NCBI GenBank assembly: GCA_026413865.1
Contig: JAOAKB010000003.1
Coordinates: 32,480-96,479 of the forward strand
Source of the DNA: Nitrososphaeria archaeon
Lineage (GTDB): Archaea; Thermoproteota; Nitrososphaeria; JACIWG01
Reading direction: 5' to 3'
DNA: 64,000 nt
Shown: piece by piece, positions 18,087 through 28,435 of the stretch
How positions within the stretch are numbered: the stretch's first letter is position 1
Layout: every line of letters begins with the position of its first letter
Translations under genes and position numbers: made by a program
The notes under the pieces: model-generated
Told to the model about the DNA's origin: nothing
The model's database searches: none
Seen by the model: the letters and a program-made list of their open reading frames with translations, nothing else

Positions 18087-19109
18087 TTGTATATGAAAAT
18101 CCAGGTTATAGGCTTAGGTAATGTTGGAAAAAGCTTGCTGGGACTTCTGTTAGAGGAGGAAAAGAAACTTAAAGCCAAAGGATTAGACCTAAGGATTGTA
18201 TCAATATCTGATTCTAAAGGAACAGCTGTAAATGAGAACGGTCTAGAATTGTCTGAAGTTCTCAGATATAAGGAACTTGGATGGCATAATTGTAACTATT
18301 ATTCGAAAGGATATTCTGCAATAGATGCCATAAAAAATATAAATAGTGACCTTGTTGTTGAGTTAACACCATCTACAATAGATGGTGAACCTGGGTTATC
18401 CCATATCAAAGAAGCTTTTGTACATAAAAAGCATGTTGTAACAGCTAATAAGGGTCCATTAGTTGTAGCATTTAAGCAGCTTAAAAATATGGCTTTAGAA
18501 AATAATGTTTATTTCCTGTATGAGGCAACCGTTGCAGCGCATGTGCCCATTTTTTGTCTTCTTTCCTCATGTTTTATAACTGATGAAATATTAAAGGTTG
18601 AGGGAATATTTAATGCTACAACAAACTTTATTATATGTGAAATGGAAAGAGGCTTTTCTTTTCAAGAAGCATTGGATAAGGCGATAAAAGCTGGTTGGGC
18701 TGAGACAAACTATGCAGATGATGTAGACGGTATAGATGCTGCCAGAAAAGTAGTTATATTGGCTAACACAATTTACGATCGCGATTTTAAATTAAATGAT
18801 GTAAAAATTGAAGGTATAAGAAATGTGGATCCATTAATAATGGAAGCAAAAAAACAAGGTAAGAGAGTAAAACTTTTATGTGAAATAATAAAGGAGCATG
18901 ATAATATTATTTTACAAGTTTCTCCCAAGATGATTTCCCAAGATAATCCATTTTCTACAGTAAACTACGGGGATATGTCAGTAAAATTTTACTTCAAAAA
19001 TTCTCAAGAAATATTCGTGTCAGCAAAATTTGTAAGCCCCCGTCAAACTGCACAAGCAGTGCTAAATGATATAGTTACAGTTGCTTTAAATAAAAAGTGT
19101 ACAGGCTGA
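18087..19109 (+). CDS. Homoserine dehydrogenase family protein
   Basis: GLGNVG, VVTANKGP, YEATV, NATTNFI, DVDGIDAARK. Confidence 0.85.
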   Translation: MYMKIQVIGLGNVGKSLLGLLLEEEKKLKAKGLDLRIVSISDSKGTAVNENGLELSEVLRYKELGWHNCNYYSKGYSAIDAIKNINSDLVVELTPSTIDGEPGLSHIKEAFVHKKHVVTANKGPLVVAFKQLKNMALENNVYFLYEATVAAHVPIFCLLSSCFITDEILKVEGIFNATTNFIICEMERGFSFQEALDKAIKAGWAETNYADDVDGIDAARKVVILANTIYDRDFKLNDVKIEGIRNVDPLIMEAKKQGKRVKLLCEIIKEHDNIILQVSPKMISQDNPFSTVNYGDMSVKFYFKNSQEIFVSAKFVSPRQTAQAVLNDIVTVALNKKCTG

Positions 19110-19145
19110 ATAATAGTATATACTCAGTTTAATTTAATTAATTTA

Positions 19146-19221
19146 CGGGCTCGGTGGGACTTGAACCCACGATCTTCGGCTCCGAAGGCCGATGCCTTAG
19201 TCCATTCTAGGCCACGAGCCC
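19146..19221 (-). tRNA. tRNA-Arg(TCG)
   Basis: GGGCTCG/CGAGCCC acceptor, TCGGC-CTTCGGA-GCCGA anticodon arm. Confidence 0.94.
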
Positions 19222-19243
19222 AATTCCTCTTATTACAATTTTG

Positions 19244-20266
19244 TTAAGAAAAAAGCTTACTTATACTTTTTTCGAAGGGTGGATGGATTATTCCTTTTTC
19301 GGTTATTATTGCATTAATAAGATTTGGAGGTGTTTTGTCAAAAACTGGATTATATACTTTTACACCTTTAGCTACAATTCTCTTTCTCCCAACAAATACT
19401 ATTTCATTTGCATCCCTTTCTTCTATAACTACCCTATTATGTTCTATATTAATGTCGAAGGTTGATGTCGGTGCTGCAACATAAAATGGCAAATTATGTT
19501 CTTTAGCTAATAATGCAATCTGATATGTTCCAATCTTATTAAATACGTACCCCTCCTTAGTTATCCTATCAGCGCCAACGATCACCTTATCAACCATTCC
19601 CTTAGACATTACATATCCAACAGCCGTATCAGAAATAACTGTGACAGGTATCTTTTCATTTAAAAGTTCCCATGCTGTTAGTCTTGCTCCCTGTTGAGCT
19701 GGTCTTGTTTCTGTAGCTATAACATACAGACATTTTCCTTTTTTCTGTGCTATCCTTATCGGAGCTAGTGCAGTACCATATGCTATTGTAGCAAGTTCTC
19801 CTGCATTACAATGTGTTAAAATTGTGTCACCATCATTTAAAAGTGTTTCACCATATTCTCCAATTCTCCTACTATTTTCTATCTCTCTTTCCATTAACTC
19901 TTGCGCTGTTTCTATTGCCACCTTCCGCATGTCCTCTATATGGTTACATTCACTTATTTTTTCGCAAACAAATTTTACACAGTACTGTAGATTATATGCA
20001 GTCGGTCTACTTTCTAGAATATATTTGGCCCCTTCCTCTATTTTCTTTAAAAATTCTTTTCTATCGTCTGTCTTTATTTCTTGAGCTAGAACTGCTATTG
20101 CAAAAGCTCCCACTATACCTATCAATGGTGCCCCTCTTACTTTCATTTCAACAATCGCTTTATGGAATTCCTCAAGATTTTTAAGGAAAATATATTTAAC
20201 TTTTCCAGGTAGTTTTCTCTGATCTATTATTTTTAAACATTCTCCTGTCCACTTTATATGTTTCAT
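19244..20266 (-). CDS. mtnA: S-methyl-5-thioribose-1-phosphate isomerase
   Basis: IDQRKLP, VRGAPLIG, SRPTA, THCNAG, ETRP, NKIGTY. Confidence 0.9.
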   Translation of the reverse strand: MKHIKWTGECLKIIDQRKLPGKVKYIFLKNLEEFHKAIVEMKVRGAPLIGIVGAFAIAVLAQEIKTDDRKEFLKKIEEGAKYILESRPTAYNLQYCVKFVCEKISECNHIEDMRKVAIETAQELMEREIENSRRIGEYGETLLNDGDTILTHCNAGELATIAYGTALAPIRIAQKKGKCLYVIATETRPAQQGARLTAWELLNEKIPVTVISDTAVGYVMSKGMVDKVIVGADRITKEGYVFNKIGTYQIALLAKEHNLPFYVAAPTSTFDINIEHNRVVIEERDANEIVFVGRKRIVAKGVKVYNPVFDKTPPNLINAIITEKGIIHPPFEKSISKLFS

Positions 20267-20323
20267 CCTTTCCCAGCAGCATCTTTTTTAAGCCTTTGAT
20301 TTAAACCTAAAGTCGGAATAAAA

Positions 20324-21304
20324 TTGCTGCAACTAACATATTTCCTTTTTCCCATAGTATCTTTTATAATCACTTTTTTTGCTATAAAATGGCTTATTCC
20401 TTTCCTCTCTAAAAGGAATATGTTAGTTATTGATTTCCATAAAAAGGGTAGTAGTATGATTCCCAAACCCGCTGGACCCGCTATTTTTGTTGGTCTTGTT
20501 TTCCCAATGATATCACTTTATCTTCTGACTTTAGATTTAAAGTATCTTGCAATCTTCTTAGTTACATCAATAGTTTTCATAATTGGGCTAGTTGATGATT
20601 TAAGAATATTAAGTGGATTTTTGAAAATGGCATTAACTATTTTAGGCTCTATTCCTATATTGATTTTTGGGACGTATACTCCTTCCATAGTACTTCCATT
20701 TATTGGTTCAACTAGATTAACAATTGTTTACCCTCTAATGGTGCTTATTACAATTCCTGTTGTTGCAAATGCAATAAACATGATTGATGTATACAATGGT
20801 ACACTTAGTGGAGCTTGCACAATTTTAGCATTTTCACAATTTATTATAACATTAATATCTGGAAATTTTGGTGATCTTGTTTTTCCTCTAACCCTTTTTA
20901 TGGTGTCTCTTGCATTTTATATTTTTAACAAATATCCATCAAGAATTTTTGCTGGAGATTCTGGGAGTCTTATTTTAGGCGCATTCTTCGGTGCAAGTAC
21001 GATAATATCTAGAACAGAAATTCCATCACTAATCGCTTTTCTTCCAGCCATATTAAATGGATTTTATATACTTGCAAGCATAAAGGGATTTGTTGAACAT
21101 AGACAAATAAAAGAAAGGCCTATCATATTAAATGAAAATGGATTGCTTGAGGTTTCTAAAAGTAGACACGCTCCAATAACTCTAGCAAGACTTATTGTTG
21201 CAGACGGTCCTATGTCAGAATACATCGCTGCTAGACGCATTTTATTTCTTTTTGCATATAGCTCACTTTTGGCTATCATAACTTCATTGTTAATGAGATG
21301 GTGA
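20324..21304 (+). CDS. UDP-GlcNAc:polyprenol-phosphate GlcNAc-1-P transferase (MraY/GPT/AglH family)
   Basis: GLVDD, NAINMIDVYNG, NKYPSRIFAGDSG; multiple TM helices. Confidence 0.88.
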   Translation: MLQLTYFLFPIVSFIITFFAIKWLIPFLSKRNMLVIDFHKKGSSMIPKPAGPAIFVGLVFPMISLYLLTLDLKYLAIFLVTSIVFIIGLVDDLRILSGFLKMALTILGSIPILIFGTYTPSIVLPFIGSTRLTIVYPLMVLITIPVVANAINMIDVYNGTLSGACTILAFSQFIITLISGNFGDLVFPLTLFMVSLAFYIFNKYPSRIFAGDSGSLILGAFFGASTIISRTEIPSLIAFLPAILNGFYILASIKGFVEHRQIKERPIILNENGLLEVSKSRHAPITLARLIVADGPMSEYIAARRILFLFAYSSLLAIITSLLMRW

Positions 21305-21307
21305 AAG

Positions 21308-21544
21308 TTGAATAATCTTATAAGATTAATTCTTTTAATAACATTTTCATGGATTACATTTCTTTTTATGTCTTATATTATTCTCATAGTTATTGTACCA
21401 TTTCCAATTCCATCAAACACTTTTCTTGACAGAGTTTTAGTTGGAATAATAAAAGTCGTATTTTCAGCAATTCTTTTCCTTTTATGGCTTTTATTATTAC
21501 TTATATTAAGAAACTATATTGCGATTAAAAGCATTTTCAAATAA
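21308..21544 (+). CDS. Small two-TM membrane protein
   Basis: Two hydrophobic helices, directly after the GPT gene. Confidence 0.6.
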   Translation: MNNLIRLILLITFSWITFLFMSYIILIVIVPFPIPSNTFLDRVLVGIIKVVFSAILFLLWLLLLLILRNYIAIKSIFK

Positions 21545-22031
21545 TGTTTTCCTCCCATCTCTTTTTCTTATTTTCATATAAACTTCTATCATATATTGGT
21601 TTTGCAGGATTTCCTAAAACAACTGTATTTGGTTGAACATCACGTGTAACAACTGATCCCATTGCGACCACACAAGCTTTTCCCAGTTTCACTCCTGCTT
21701 TAATAACTGCACGTGCACCAATTACAACGTCATCCTCTACAATCACACCAGTTAATCGTTTACTTGGGGGATATGGGTCATTTGTGAAGACTGTCGCAGG
21801 TCCTATAAAAACATTATTTCCTATTACAGTTAAAGGTGGTATATAACATGAACCTTCTATTCTCACATTATTTCCAATTTTAACATTATAATCTATGTGA
21901 CAAAGCGAACCTATTACAACATTATCCCCTATAACTGTATTATCTCCAATATAGGTAAAATGCCATATTCTCACATTATTTCCAATTTTAACATTTTTGC
22001 CAACATAATTTATAGGTTTATTTGTTTTCAT
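21537..22031 (-). CDS. Hexapeptide-repeat N-acetyltransferase (WbpD-like)
   Basis: LbH repeats (IGNNV), IWHF, VFTNDPYP, GNPAK. Confidence 0.88.
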   Translation of the reverse strand: MKTNKPINYVGKNVKIGNNVRIWHFTYIGDNTVIGDNVVIGSLCHIDYNVKIGNNVRIEGSCYIPPLTVIGNNVFIGPATVFTNDPYPPSKRLTGVIVEDDVVIGARAVIKAGVKLGKACVVAMGSVVTRDVQPNTVVLGNPAKPIYDRSLYENKKKRWEENII

Positions 22032-22047
22032 ACTCTACCCCTAATCC

Positions 22048-22992
22048 CTATTTTTCTAAGTGAATAAATATTGCTGAACCAAGTTTGTTAGATGCTAGTG
22101 CAGCATGCGCTATTTTAGTCGCTTTAACTCCATCTTCTCCACGAACTTCGGGGCTTTTTCCATCTTTTATACATTCTATAAAATGCTTTAATTCTAATAG
22201 AAGAGGTTCTTCATATTTTGTTCTTGGAATATCTGTTTTATCCTCTAAATCTATTTTTATTTCCTGTGTAATAAAATTTAAGGATATTGTCCCATTCTCG
22301 CCTACAATCTCCAACTCTCTTACCTTTCTTGGAGTTATCCAATTAGATATTATAAGAGATGTCCTTTCTTTTGAAAAGCCCAAAACTAGGGCCGCAACTC
22401 TCTCATGTTTTGTCCCAAAGGCACCCATTCTAGCGAAGACCATAGAAGGTTCCTCTTCAAAAAACCATCTTGACAAGTCTATGTCATGTATAGCCGTATC
22501 TAGAATTACGCCTACATCAATAATGTGTACTGGCCATCGATTTTCTCTTGTAAAAAGAAGATATAGTGGTGCGCCAATAGTTCCTTCTGCAACAAGCTTT
22601 TTAACTTCTCTCATTGCAGGATTGAATCGTTCAATGAATCCAACAGTTAAGATAACATTTTTTTCTTTAGCCATTTTAACAAGTTTTTCTCCTTCTTCAA
22701 TTTCATATGTAAATGGTTTTTCAACCATAACATTAAGTCCTTTTTCAATAGATTTTAATGCAATTTCGTAATGGGTTTTCGTTGGTGTACTAACAATCAC
22801 GCCATCTAATTCATGTTCTAAAAACTTATCTAGGTCAGTATAGCCATAAACTTGATATTTTATAGAATATTCTTTAACTCTTTCTTCATTCACATCACAT
22901 ATTGCTTCTAAGGCTTTAAGCTCATTTAGTACTCTAACATGATTTTTGCCCCATCCTCCTACTCCTATTACACCTATCTTTACATTAGACAA
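22048..22992 (-). CDS. Gfo/Idh/MocA oxidoreductase (WbpB-like UDP-sugar 3-dehydrogenase)
   Basis: GVGGWGKNH, VEKP, GFIERFNPA, DTAIHDID. Confidence 0.88.
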   Translation of the reverse strand: MSNVKIGVIGVGGWGKNHVRVLNELKALEAICDVNEERVKEYSIKYQVYGYTDLDKFLEHELDGVIVSTPTKTHYEIALKSIEKGLNVMVEKPFTYEIEEGEKLVKMAKEKNVILTVGFIERFNPAMREVKKLVAEGTIGAPLYLLFTRENRWPVHIIDVGVILDTAIHDIDLSRWFFEEEPSMVFARMGAFGTKHERVAALVLGFSKERTSLIISNWITPRKVRELEIVGENGTISLNFITQEIKIDLEDKTDIPRTKYEEPLLLELKHFIECIKDGKSPEVRGEDGVKATKIAHAALASNKLGSAIFIHLEK

Positions 22993-22993
22993 C

Positions 22994-24115
22994 TTACTCT
23001 AACCTAGATGGTGGTAAAGTGGCTTTAATAACTATAACTTTATCTCTATTCTGTATGGACTGACGTTCTAAAACTTTAAAATCTTTTTCTGAACAAGCCA
23101 CCGTAATGCACATGTTTCTAATATAGGGTGTTAAAAGTTTCTTGTGAACTAGTTGTTCTGAAGATAATAGTTGAACATCGGGGAAAATATCTTGTAACAT
23201 TAGTAAAAACTTATTACTAGCTTCGTCAAAATCTGGTCTAACATGATAGCTACTTTTACTCCATAGAACAATAACTCTAACCCTACTAGGTTTAAGTTTT
23301 TTTTCTTTGATTATATTTTTTATATAATTTACTAAATTCTTAGGATAGCTTTCAATATTTCGTAAAAGGGTGCCTGAAAAGCTTTTTAATGATGTCCCCC
23401 TTTTAGTTGTATAATATATTAACTTTAAATCAGTATAGTACGAAAAAATATCGTTAAAATAGTATTGTATTTCGGATGATATATCTTTATCCGAAAGTGT
23501 TATCATTTGAGTTGTATACCCTGAAATCTTCTCTAACACCATTAAACTAAATTTTCTTTCAGCTTTTTCTAAAGTTAATGAACTTATATTAACATTTGTA
23601 AGTTCTTTCAAGAATTTTATTCCCTCTTCTATATTGCCTATTGTTCCAGCATAATTTGTATCTGTCCCAAAAAATGGTGGTAGAAAGATGATGCCTAATT
23701 CGTTTTCCTTTAGTCCAGAATAGTCATAAACTACTTTAGCTATTCTTTCTTGCCCATTTTCGCCTAAAGGTATCCAAAAAAATATTATACTATTTTTTAC
23801 AATTTTTTGAGACACTTCTTTTAACATTTTTTCATAGTAACTTTGTATCTCTTCTATTTCGCATCTAATTTTTGGACAAAATAGAAGGTATTTTGTATTA
23901 GCTATTACTTCATCTAAAGATGTTATTTCCGCTAAGTTTTCTTCTTCAAAAAATTCGTCAACACTTTTATAATTTAAAATTTTTTTGCTAAACTTTATTG
24001 GAGAATTTAATTTCTCGTCTACTACTGAAGTTATGTACCCTTTTTCTAAAGCCTTTAATGCTATCTCATATCCCTCTGTACTTAAACCATATACTGTAAA
24101 ACCAGTCTTTTCCAT
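22994..24115 (-). CDS. Divergent UDP-sugar dehydrogenase-like protein
   Basis: Degenerate Rossmann start (VYGLSTEG), size and position upstream of WbpB/WbpD-like genes. Confidence 0.5.
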   Translation of the reverse strand: MEKTGFTVYGLSTEGYEIALKALEKGYITSVVDEKLNSPIKFSKKILNYKSVDEFFEEENLAEITSLDEVIANTKYLLFCPKIRCEIEEIQSYYEKMLKEVSQKIVKNSIIFFWIPLGENGQERIAKVVYDYSGLKENELGIIFLPPFFGTDTNYAGTIGNIEEGIKFLKELTNVNISSLTLEKAERKFSLMVLEKISGYTTQMITLSDKDISSEIQYYFNDIFSYYTDLKLIYYTTKRGTSLKSFSGTLLRNIESYPKNLVNYIKNIIKEKKLKPSRVRVIVLWSKSSYHVRPDFDEASNKFLLMLQDIFPDVQLLSSEQLVHKKLLTPYIRNMCITVACSEKDFKVLERQSIQNRDKVIVIKATLPPSRLE

Positions 24116-24163
24116 GGCATCAACAAATTTAAAAACCTAAGCTATTATAGTTTTGTGTAAAGT

Positions 24164-25225
24164 ATGAAAATTTGGATTGACGTACTTACTCCAAAACAGG
24201 CGTTGTTTTTTAATGTAATAAGTCATTGGTTAAAGGAAAGAGGGCATGATGTTTTCTCAACAACCAGATCTGGCTATGGTGGTTTTGAGATTGGCTCAAT
24301 AATTGGATATAAGCTTGTTGTGGTTGGTAAGCATGGTTTAACACCCTATGAAAAGCTTGTTGAAAGCTCTAAAAGAATTGCGCTTCTAGCAGATATTGTT
24401 AAAGGAGAAAGGTTTGATTTGTCTATTTCATTTTCTTCGCCAGAATGTGCTCGTGTTTCTTATGGAATGGGTGTACCCCATATAATGTTTAGCGACAGTC
24501 CTCACGCGATTCATGCTTCCAAATTAGCTGTCCCCCTTTCGAAGCTTCTTTTCACACCATGGATAATTCCAAAAAAATATTGGACATGCTATGGAATAGC
24601 AAGAGAAAATATAGTAAAATATAAATGTATTGATGCAGCAATATGGCTAAAAAGCTGGAAGTTTAGGGATGTTAGAGACGAATTAAATCTGGAAAAAAAG
24701 ATAACAATTACTATTAGGATGCATGAGGAGTATGCTTCATATCTTTTAGGTGGAAGCAAAATAAATGTGTTTGAGGTGCTGAAAAATGTTGTGAAAGAGT
24801 TTCAGGATAAGGCTAACATAATAGTATTAGCCCGCTATCCAAATCAGTTCTATTATATTAAGCAAGAGCTTGATGGGAAAATAATCTTGCCTGAACATGC
24901 TGTTGAGGGGCCTAGTCTGTTAAAATGTTCTGATGCTTTTATAGGTTTTGGTGGTACTATGACTCATGAAGCTGTTCTATTAGGTGTCCCATCCATATCT
25001 TTGTTCCCGGGAAAGCCTACATTAATAGAAGATTTTCTAATAAAGAAAGGGTTTGTGATAAGGCCTAAAAATCCGAATCATGTAATAAAAGTAATAAGAC
25101 ATTTCCTCAATAATAGAGAAAATAGGATAAGGTATGAAAAGAAAATTAAATCATTTTGGAAGTTTATGGAAGACCCGAAAGAAAAAATAGTTTCTAAAAT
25201 AGAATCTTTTGGAGAAAAAGTTTAA
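24164..25225 (+). CDS. DUF354 family GT-B fold protein
   Basis: MKIWIDVLTPKQALFF, VGKHG, GGTMTHEAVLLGVPSIS. Confidence 0.88.
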   Translation: MKIWIDVLTPKQALFFNVISHWLKERGHDVFSTTRSGYGGFEIGSIIGYKLVVVGKHGLTPYEKLVESSKRIALLADIVKGERFDLSISFSSPECARVSYGMGVPHIMFSDSPHAIHASKLAVPLSKLLFTPWIIPKKYWTCYGIARENIVKYKCIDAAIWLKSWKFRDVRDELNLEKKITITIRMHEEYASYLLGGSKINVFEVLKNVVKEFQDKANIIVLARYPNQFYYIKQELDGKIILPEHAVEGPSLLKCSDAFIGFGGTMTHEAVLLGVPSISLFPGKPTLIEDFLIKKGFVIRPKNPNHVIKVIRHFLNNRENRIRYEKKIKSFWKFMEDPKEKIVSKIESFGEKV

Positions 25226-25251
25226 ACCATCTGATTTCTATGGGAATAGAC

Positions 25252-25324
25252 AGCCCGGTGGTGTAGCGGTCAAGCATAGCGGGCTTTGGACCCGCCGACG
25301 AGAGTTCGAATCTCTCCCGGGCTA
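25252..25324 (+). tRNA. tRNA-Gln(TTG)
   Basis: AGCCCGG/CCGGGCT acceptor, GCGGG-CTTTGGA-CCCGC. Confidence 0.95.
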
Positions 25325-25480
25325 TCAACAAAACTTAGTTCTCAACAAAATTAGAAAACCAACCAATAATTGGATAGAAAGAAAAATTTTCTTTTCTAAG
25401 TAAGGTAAAGGCCACTATCTATCCGAAAAGTGAATATAATCTTACAGTAATCTAAGAAATAAAAAATATTATCATTATTC

Positions 25481-26761
25481 TTAATTCATTAATGTTTCAA
25501 GTTTTTCGAAGATTTTAGTATATTCTACCTTCTCCTCGTCCCCTGTTTTCAAATTTTTTATTATGCATCTGTTTTCCAAATCCTCTCTTGGAGCCAAAAT
25601 TATTACATAATCACTATATTTTGATGCACAAGCCAGTTGCTTTTTCAATTCTCTTGAATACATGTCAGTTTCCGCAGGATAACCTCTTTTCCTAAGTTCT
25701 GTAACGATTCTTTGTGCCTTATTTTTTAATTCTAATGTTACAAATGCAACAAAAACTCTTCTTTTCTTCTTTATCTTAATCTTCCCTCTCTCCTCTAGTG
25801 CCATAAGTATTCTTTCTATGCCACCAGCAGCTCCTGTTGCTGAAAGGTCTTTTCTACCAAAAACTTGCATTAGCTTATCATATCTACCACCACCGGCTAT
25901 TGCTAACCTAGGCAATGTAGGGTCATAAAATTCATAAACAATCCCACTATAATAGTCTATTCCTCTTACTATGCCTAAATTTATACGGAAATCTTTTATT
26001 CCCCTAATTTCGAGTTCTTCGACAACTTTTTTTAAATCTTCAACTCTCTTTAAACCTTTTTTTTCCAATTCTGTTAAAATGTCTTCTGTTTTTCCAGATA
26101 TTTTTGCCAATTCTAACACATCCTCTATAACTTTCCTCTGGAAGCCTTTTGAAACATATTCTGAGATTATTTCTTCTTCATTCTTTTTTGTTGTTTTATC
26201 TAGAAGTCTTAGTAATTCATTTACTGCACTTTCTTCTTTAACTTCTATCACATCTACAATATATTCTTCTACAACCTTTCTATCATTTAATTCAACTTTA
26301 ATATTTTCTAATCCAATTTTTTCAAAGTATACTTTTGCTAATTCTATTATTTCTGAATCAGATTCTGCACATGGTTTTCCATATATTTCTGCATCCCATT
26401 GATAAAACCATCTGTATCTACCGCGTTGTGGTTCATCATATCTCCAAACACTTGAAAATGCTCCCACCTTTACAGGATACTCTAAATCTCTTCTACTGCA
26501 CACGTATCTACTTATTCCAACAGTTAAATCAAATCTTAGCCCAAGTTCCCTTCCTGCCTTATCTTTTAAAAAATATATTTCATCAATTATAGAAGGTCCA
26601 CTTTTTGCTTTAAGTATATCTAATAGTTCTAGAGTTGAAGGTTCCATCTTCTTGAATCCAAAAAGGTCAAGTGTTTCCATAAATTTTTCTCTCAGCCATT
26701 CCATTTTATCAAATTCTTCAGGCTCTATGTCACGCAATCCCCTTGGTGTCTCAAGCTTCAA
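25481..26761 (-). CDS. hisS: Histidine--tRNA ligase
   Basis: PRGLRD, LRFDLT, WRYDEPQRGRYR, RGIDYY, GGGRYD. Confidence 0.96.
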   Translation of the reverse strand: MKLETPRGLRDIEPEEFDKMEWLREKFMETLDLFGFKKMEPSTLELLDILKAKSGPSIIDEIYFLKDKAGRELGLRFDLTVGISRYVCSRRDLEYPVKVGAFSSVWRYDEPQRGRYRWFYQWDAEIYGKPCAESDSEIIELAKVYFEKIGLENIKVELNDRKVVEEYIVDVIEVKEESAVNELLRLLDKTTKKNEEEIISEYVSKGFQRKVIEDVLELAKISGKTEDILTELEKKGLKRVEDLKKVVEELEIRGIKDFRINLGIVRGIDYYSGIVYEFYDPTLPRLAIAGGGRYDKLMQVFGRKDLSATGAAGGIERILMALEERGKIKIKKKRRVFVAFVTLELKNKAQRIVTELRKRGYPAETDMYSRELKKQLACASKYSDYVIILAPREDLENRCIIKNLKTGDEEKVEYTKIFEKLETLMN

Positions 26762-27723
26762 CTTCTCTCACTTTTTAATTCCTCAATTTCAGATATAAGT
26801 GCCGTTAATTGTATTTCTGGATTTGCACCTTGTACTAGCCTATAATCGTATTCTGCTAGAATTTTTGCAGCTTTACCATGATCAATTCTTTTATCCCTCA
26901 ATAATATTGTACCTAAGATTCTTAGTATTTCGTTTTCTGAAACGCCATTAATATTTAGCATTTCAACTAAAATTTTTCTTGCTTCATTAAAATTTCCGTT
27001 TAATGCATGTTCTACCATTTCCTTAACCTTTGCTTCACCCATTAAGCCAGCTTGTTTTATCACGCTTTCTTTTGTAAGTCTTCCTTTGTTTACTGAAGCT
27101 TGCAAAAGGTTTATGGTATATCTTAAATCCCCACTTGTTATTTCATATAAAAGTTCAAGTGCTTCTTCTTCGAATTCAACTTTTTCATTTCTGCATATCC
27201 TTTTAATGTGTTCAATGACATCTTCCTTGCTTAAGCTCTGAAATCTAAAAATTGCGCATCTGCTCTGTATTGGTTCAATTATTTGGGAAGAGTAGTTGCA
27301 TATTAGAATAAATCTTGTATATTTTGAACTTTCTTCCATTATTCTTCTTAAAGCAGTTTGAGCATCATGTGTCATCTCATCAGCTTCATCTAAGATTATA
27401 AGCCTAAATGGTATATCTACACTTCTATCTACATATCCTGCAAAGGTCTTTATCCTCTCTCTTACTGTCTTTATTCCTCTTTCATCTGAAGCATTTAGTT
27501 CGAGTGTATAGTTCCTCCAACCTTCTCCAAGCAGTTTTCTTGCAATTATTAAAGCAACTGTTGTTTTCCCCGTTCCCGGAGGGCCGGCAAAAAGCATATG
27601 AGGCATTTCATGAGGTCTTTGGATAAGTAACTTTATTCTTTCTATAACCTCACGTTGGTTTACTACCTCATCTAGTTCTTTAGGCCTATACTTTTCAACC
27701 CACATTAATTCCTCCATACTCAT
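26758..27723 (-). CDS. rfcS: Replication factor C small subunit
   Basis: WVEKYRP, GPPGTGKTT, LNASDERG, LDEAD, QSRC. Confidence 0.96.
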   Translation of the reverse strand: MSMEELMWVEKYRPKELDEVVNQREVIERIKLLIQRPHEMPHMLFAGPPGTGKTTVALIIARKLLGEGWRNYTLELNASDERGIKTVRERIKTFAGYVDRSVDIPFRLIILDEADEMTHDAQTALRRIMEESSKYTRFILICNYSSQIIEPIQSRCAIFRFQSLSKEDVIEHIKRICRNEKVEFEEEALELLYEITSGDLRYTINLLQASVNKGRLTKESVIKQAGLMGEAKVKEMVEHALNGNFNEARKILVEMLNINGVSENEILRILGTILLRDKRIDHGKAAKILAEYDYRLVQGANPEIQLTALISEIEELKSERS

Positions 27724-27877
27724 GTTTGACACTCTACCAATCAAATCCAATAGATATAAGTATAAATAATTGACTAGTTTAGTTAAAAAGACATTTTTAA
27801 GAAACTAATGTAAATTGTCTGGATATCAATTAAAGTTTTTAACCTTTGATATATTGTTTATAGGGTGGTTGTAAACC

Positions 27878-28435
27878 TTGTATACTACAATTGAAGAGGT
27901 AATTGAAATAAGAAGATTAGGGTACAAACTTACTCCTGTTAAGGTACAGTTTAAATCTTCAGTTCAAAACCTAAAATTTGGTGATTTTCATGCAGATACT
28001 ATTTTAGAAGGTTCAATAATGTCAGTACCTTTTTGGGTTGCAAAGGTTCTTGAAAAAAATGGTTTTGTGGAAATTCAAAGTGAAGGTTTTGAGGAAGAAT
28101 TCTATAAAAGCGTTGCTAAAGAAAAGCTTTTAAAAGATTCATTAAATCTTTCTCAACTTTCAGAAAACTTTTATCTTGTTATTATTGACTTTTTAGATAA
28201 AAAGCGCTCTATTCCCGCAACAGATATAATGGCAAGAAGTGAATATTTAAAAATATATAATGATGCCCAAGATTTAATTAGTATTAGGATAAGAAAACTC
28301 CTACATTATGCTCGTCCCTATTCAGATGTAAGTGATGTACTTCCAAAATTAACTCTTGAGGAACAAACTCTTTTGAAAATGTTACAAAAAAATGTTAGAG
28401 AGTTTGTTTCAAAAATATTGGGGGTTGAAAAATAA
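27878..28435 (+). CDS. GINS complex subunit (Gins23-like)
   Basis: VPFWVAKVL B-domain then helical domain ending LTLEE; directly upstream of mcm. Confidence 0.8.
   Translation: MYTTIEEVIEIRRLGYKLTPVKVQFKSSVQNLKFGDFHADTILEGSIMSVPFWVAKVLEKNGFVEIQSEGFEEEFYKSVAKEKLLKDSLNLSQLSENFYLVIIDFLDKKRSIPATDIMARSEYLKIYNDAQDLISIRIRKLLHYARPYSDVSDVLPKLTLEEQTLLKMLQKNVREFVSKILGVEK

Noticed and set aside
22085..22771. Long antisense ORFs (this one, 25971-26402, 33498-33938, several within dnaK, and others)
   Set aside because: Shadow frames opposite well-supported genes, with Ser/Ile/Phe-rich composition typical of reverse-complemented AT-rich coding sequence
25209..25403. 64-aa ORF, and similarly 50350-50574
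   Set aside because: They overlap tRNA-Gln and tRNA-Asn respectively; spurious
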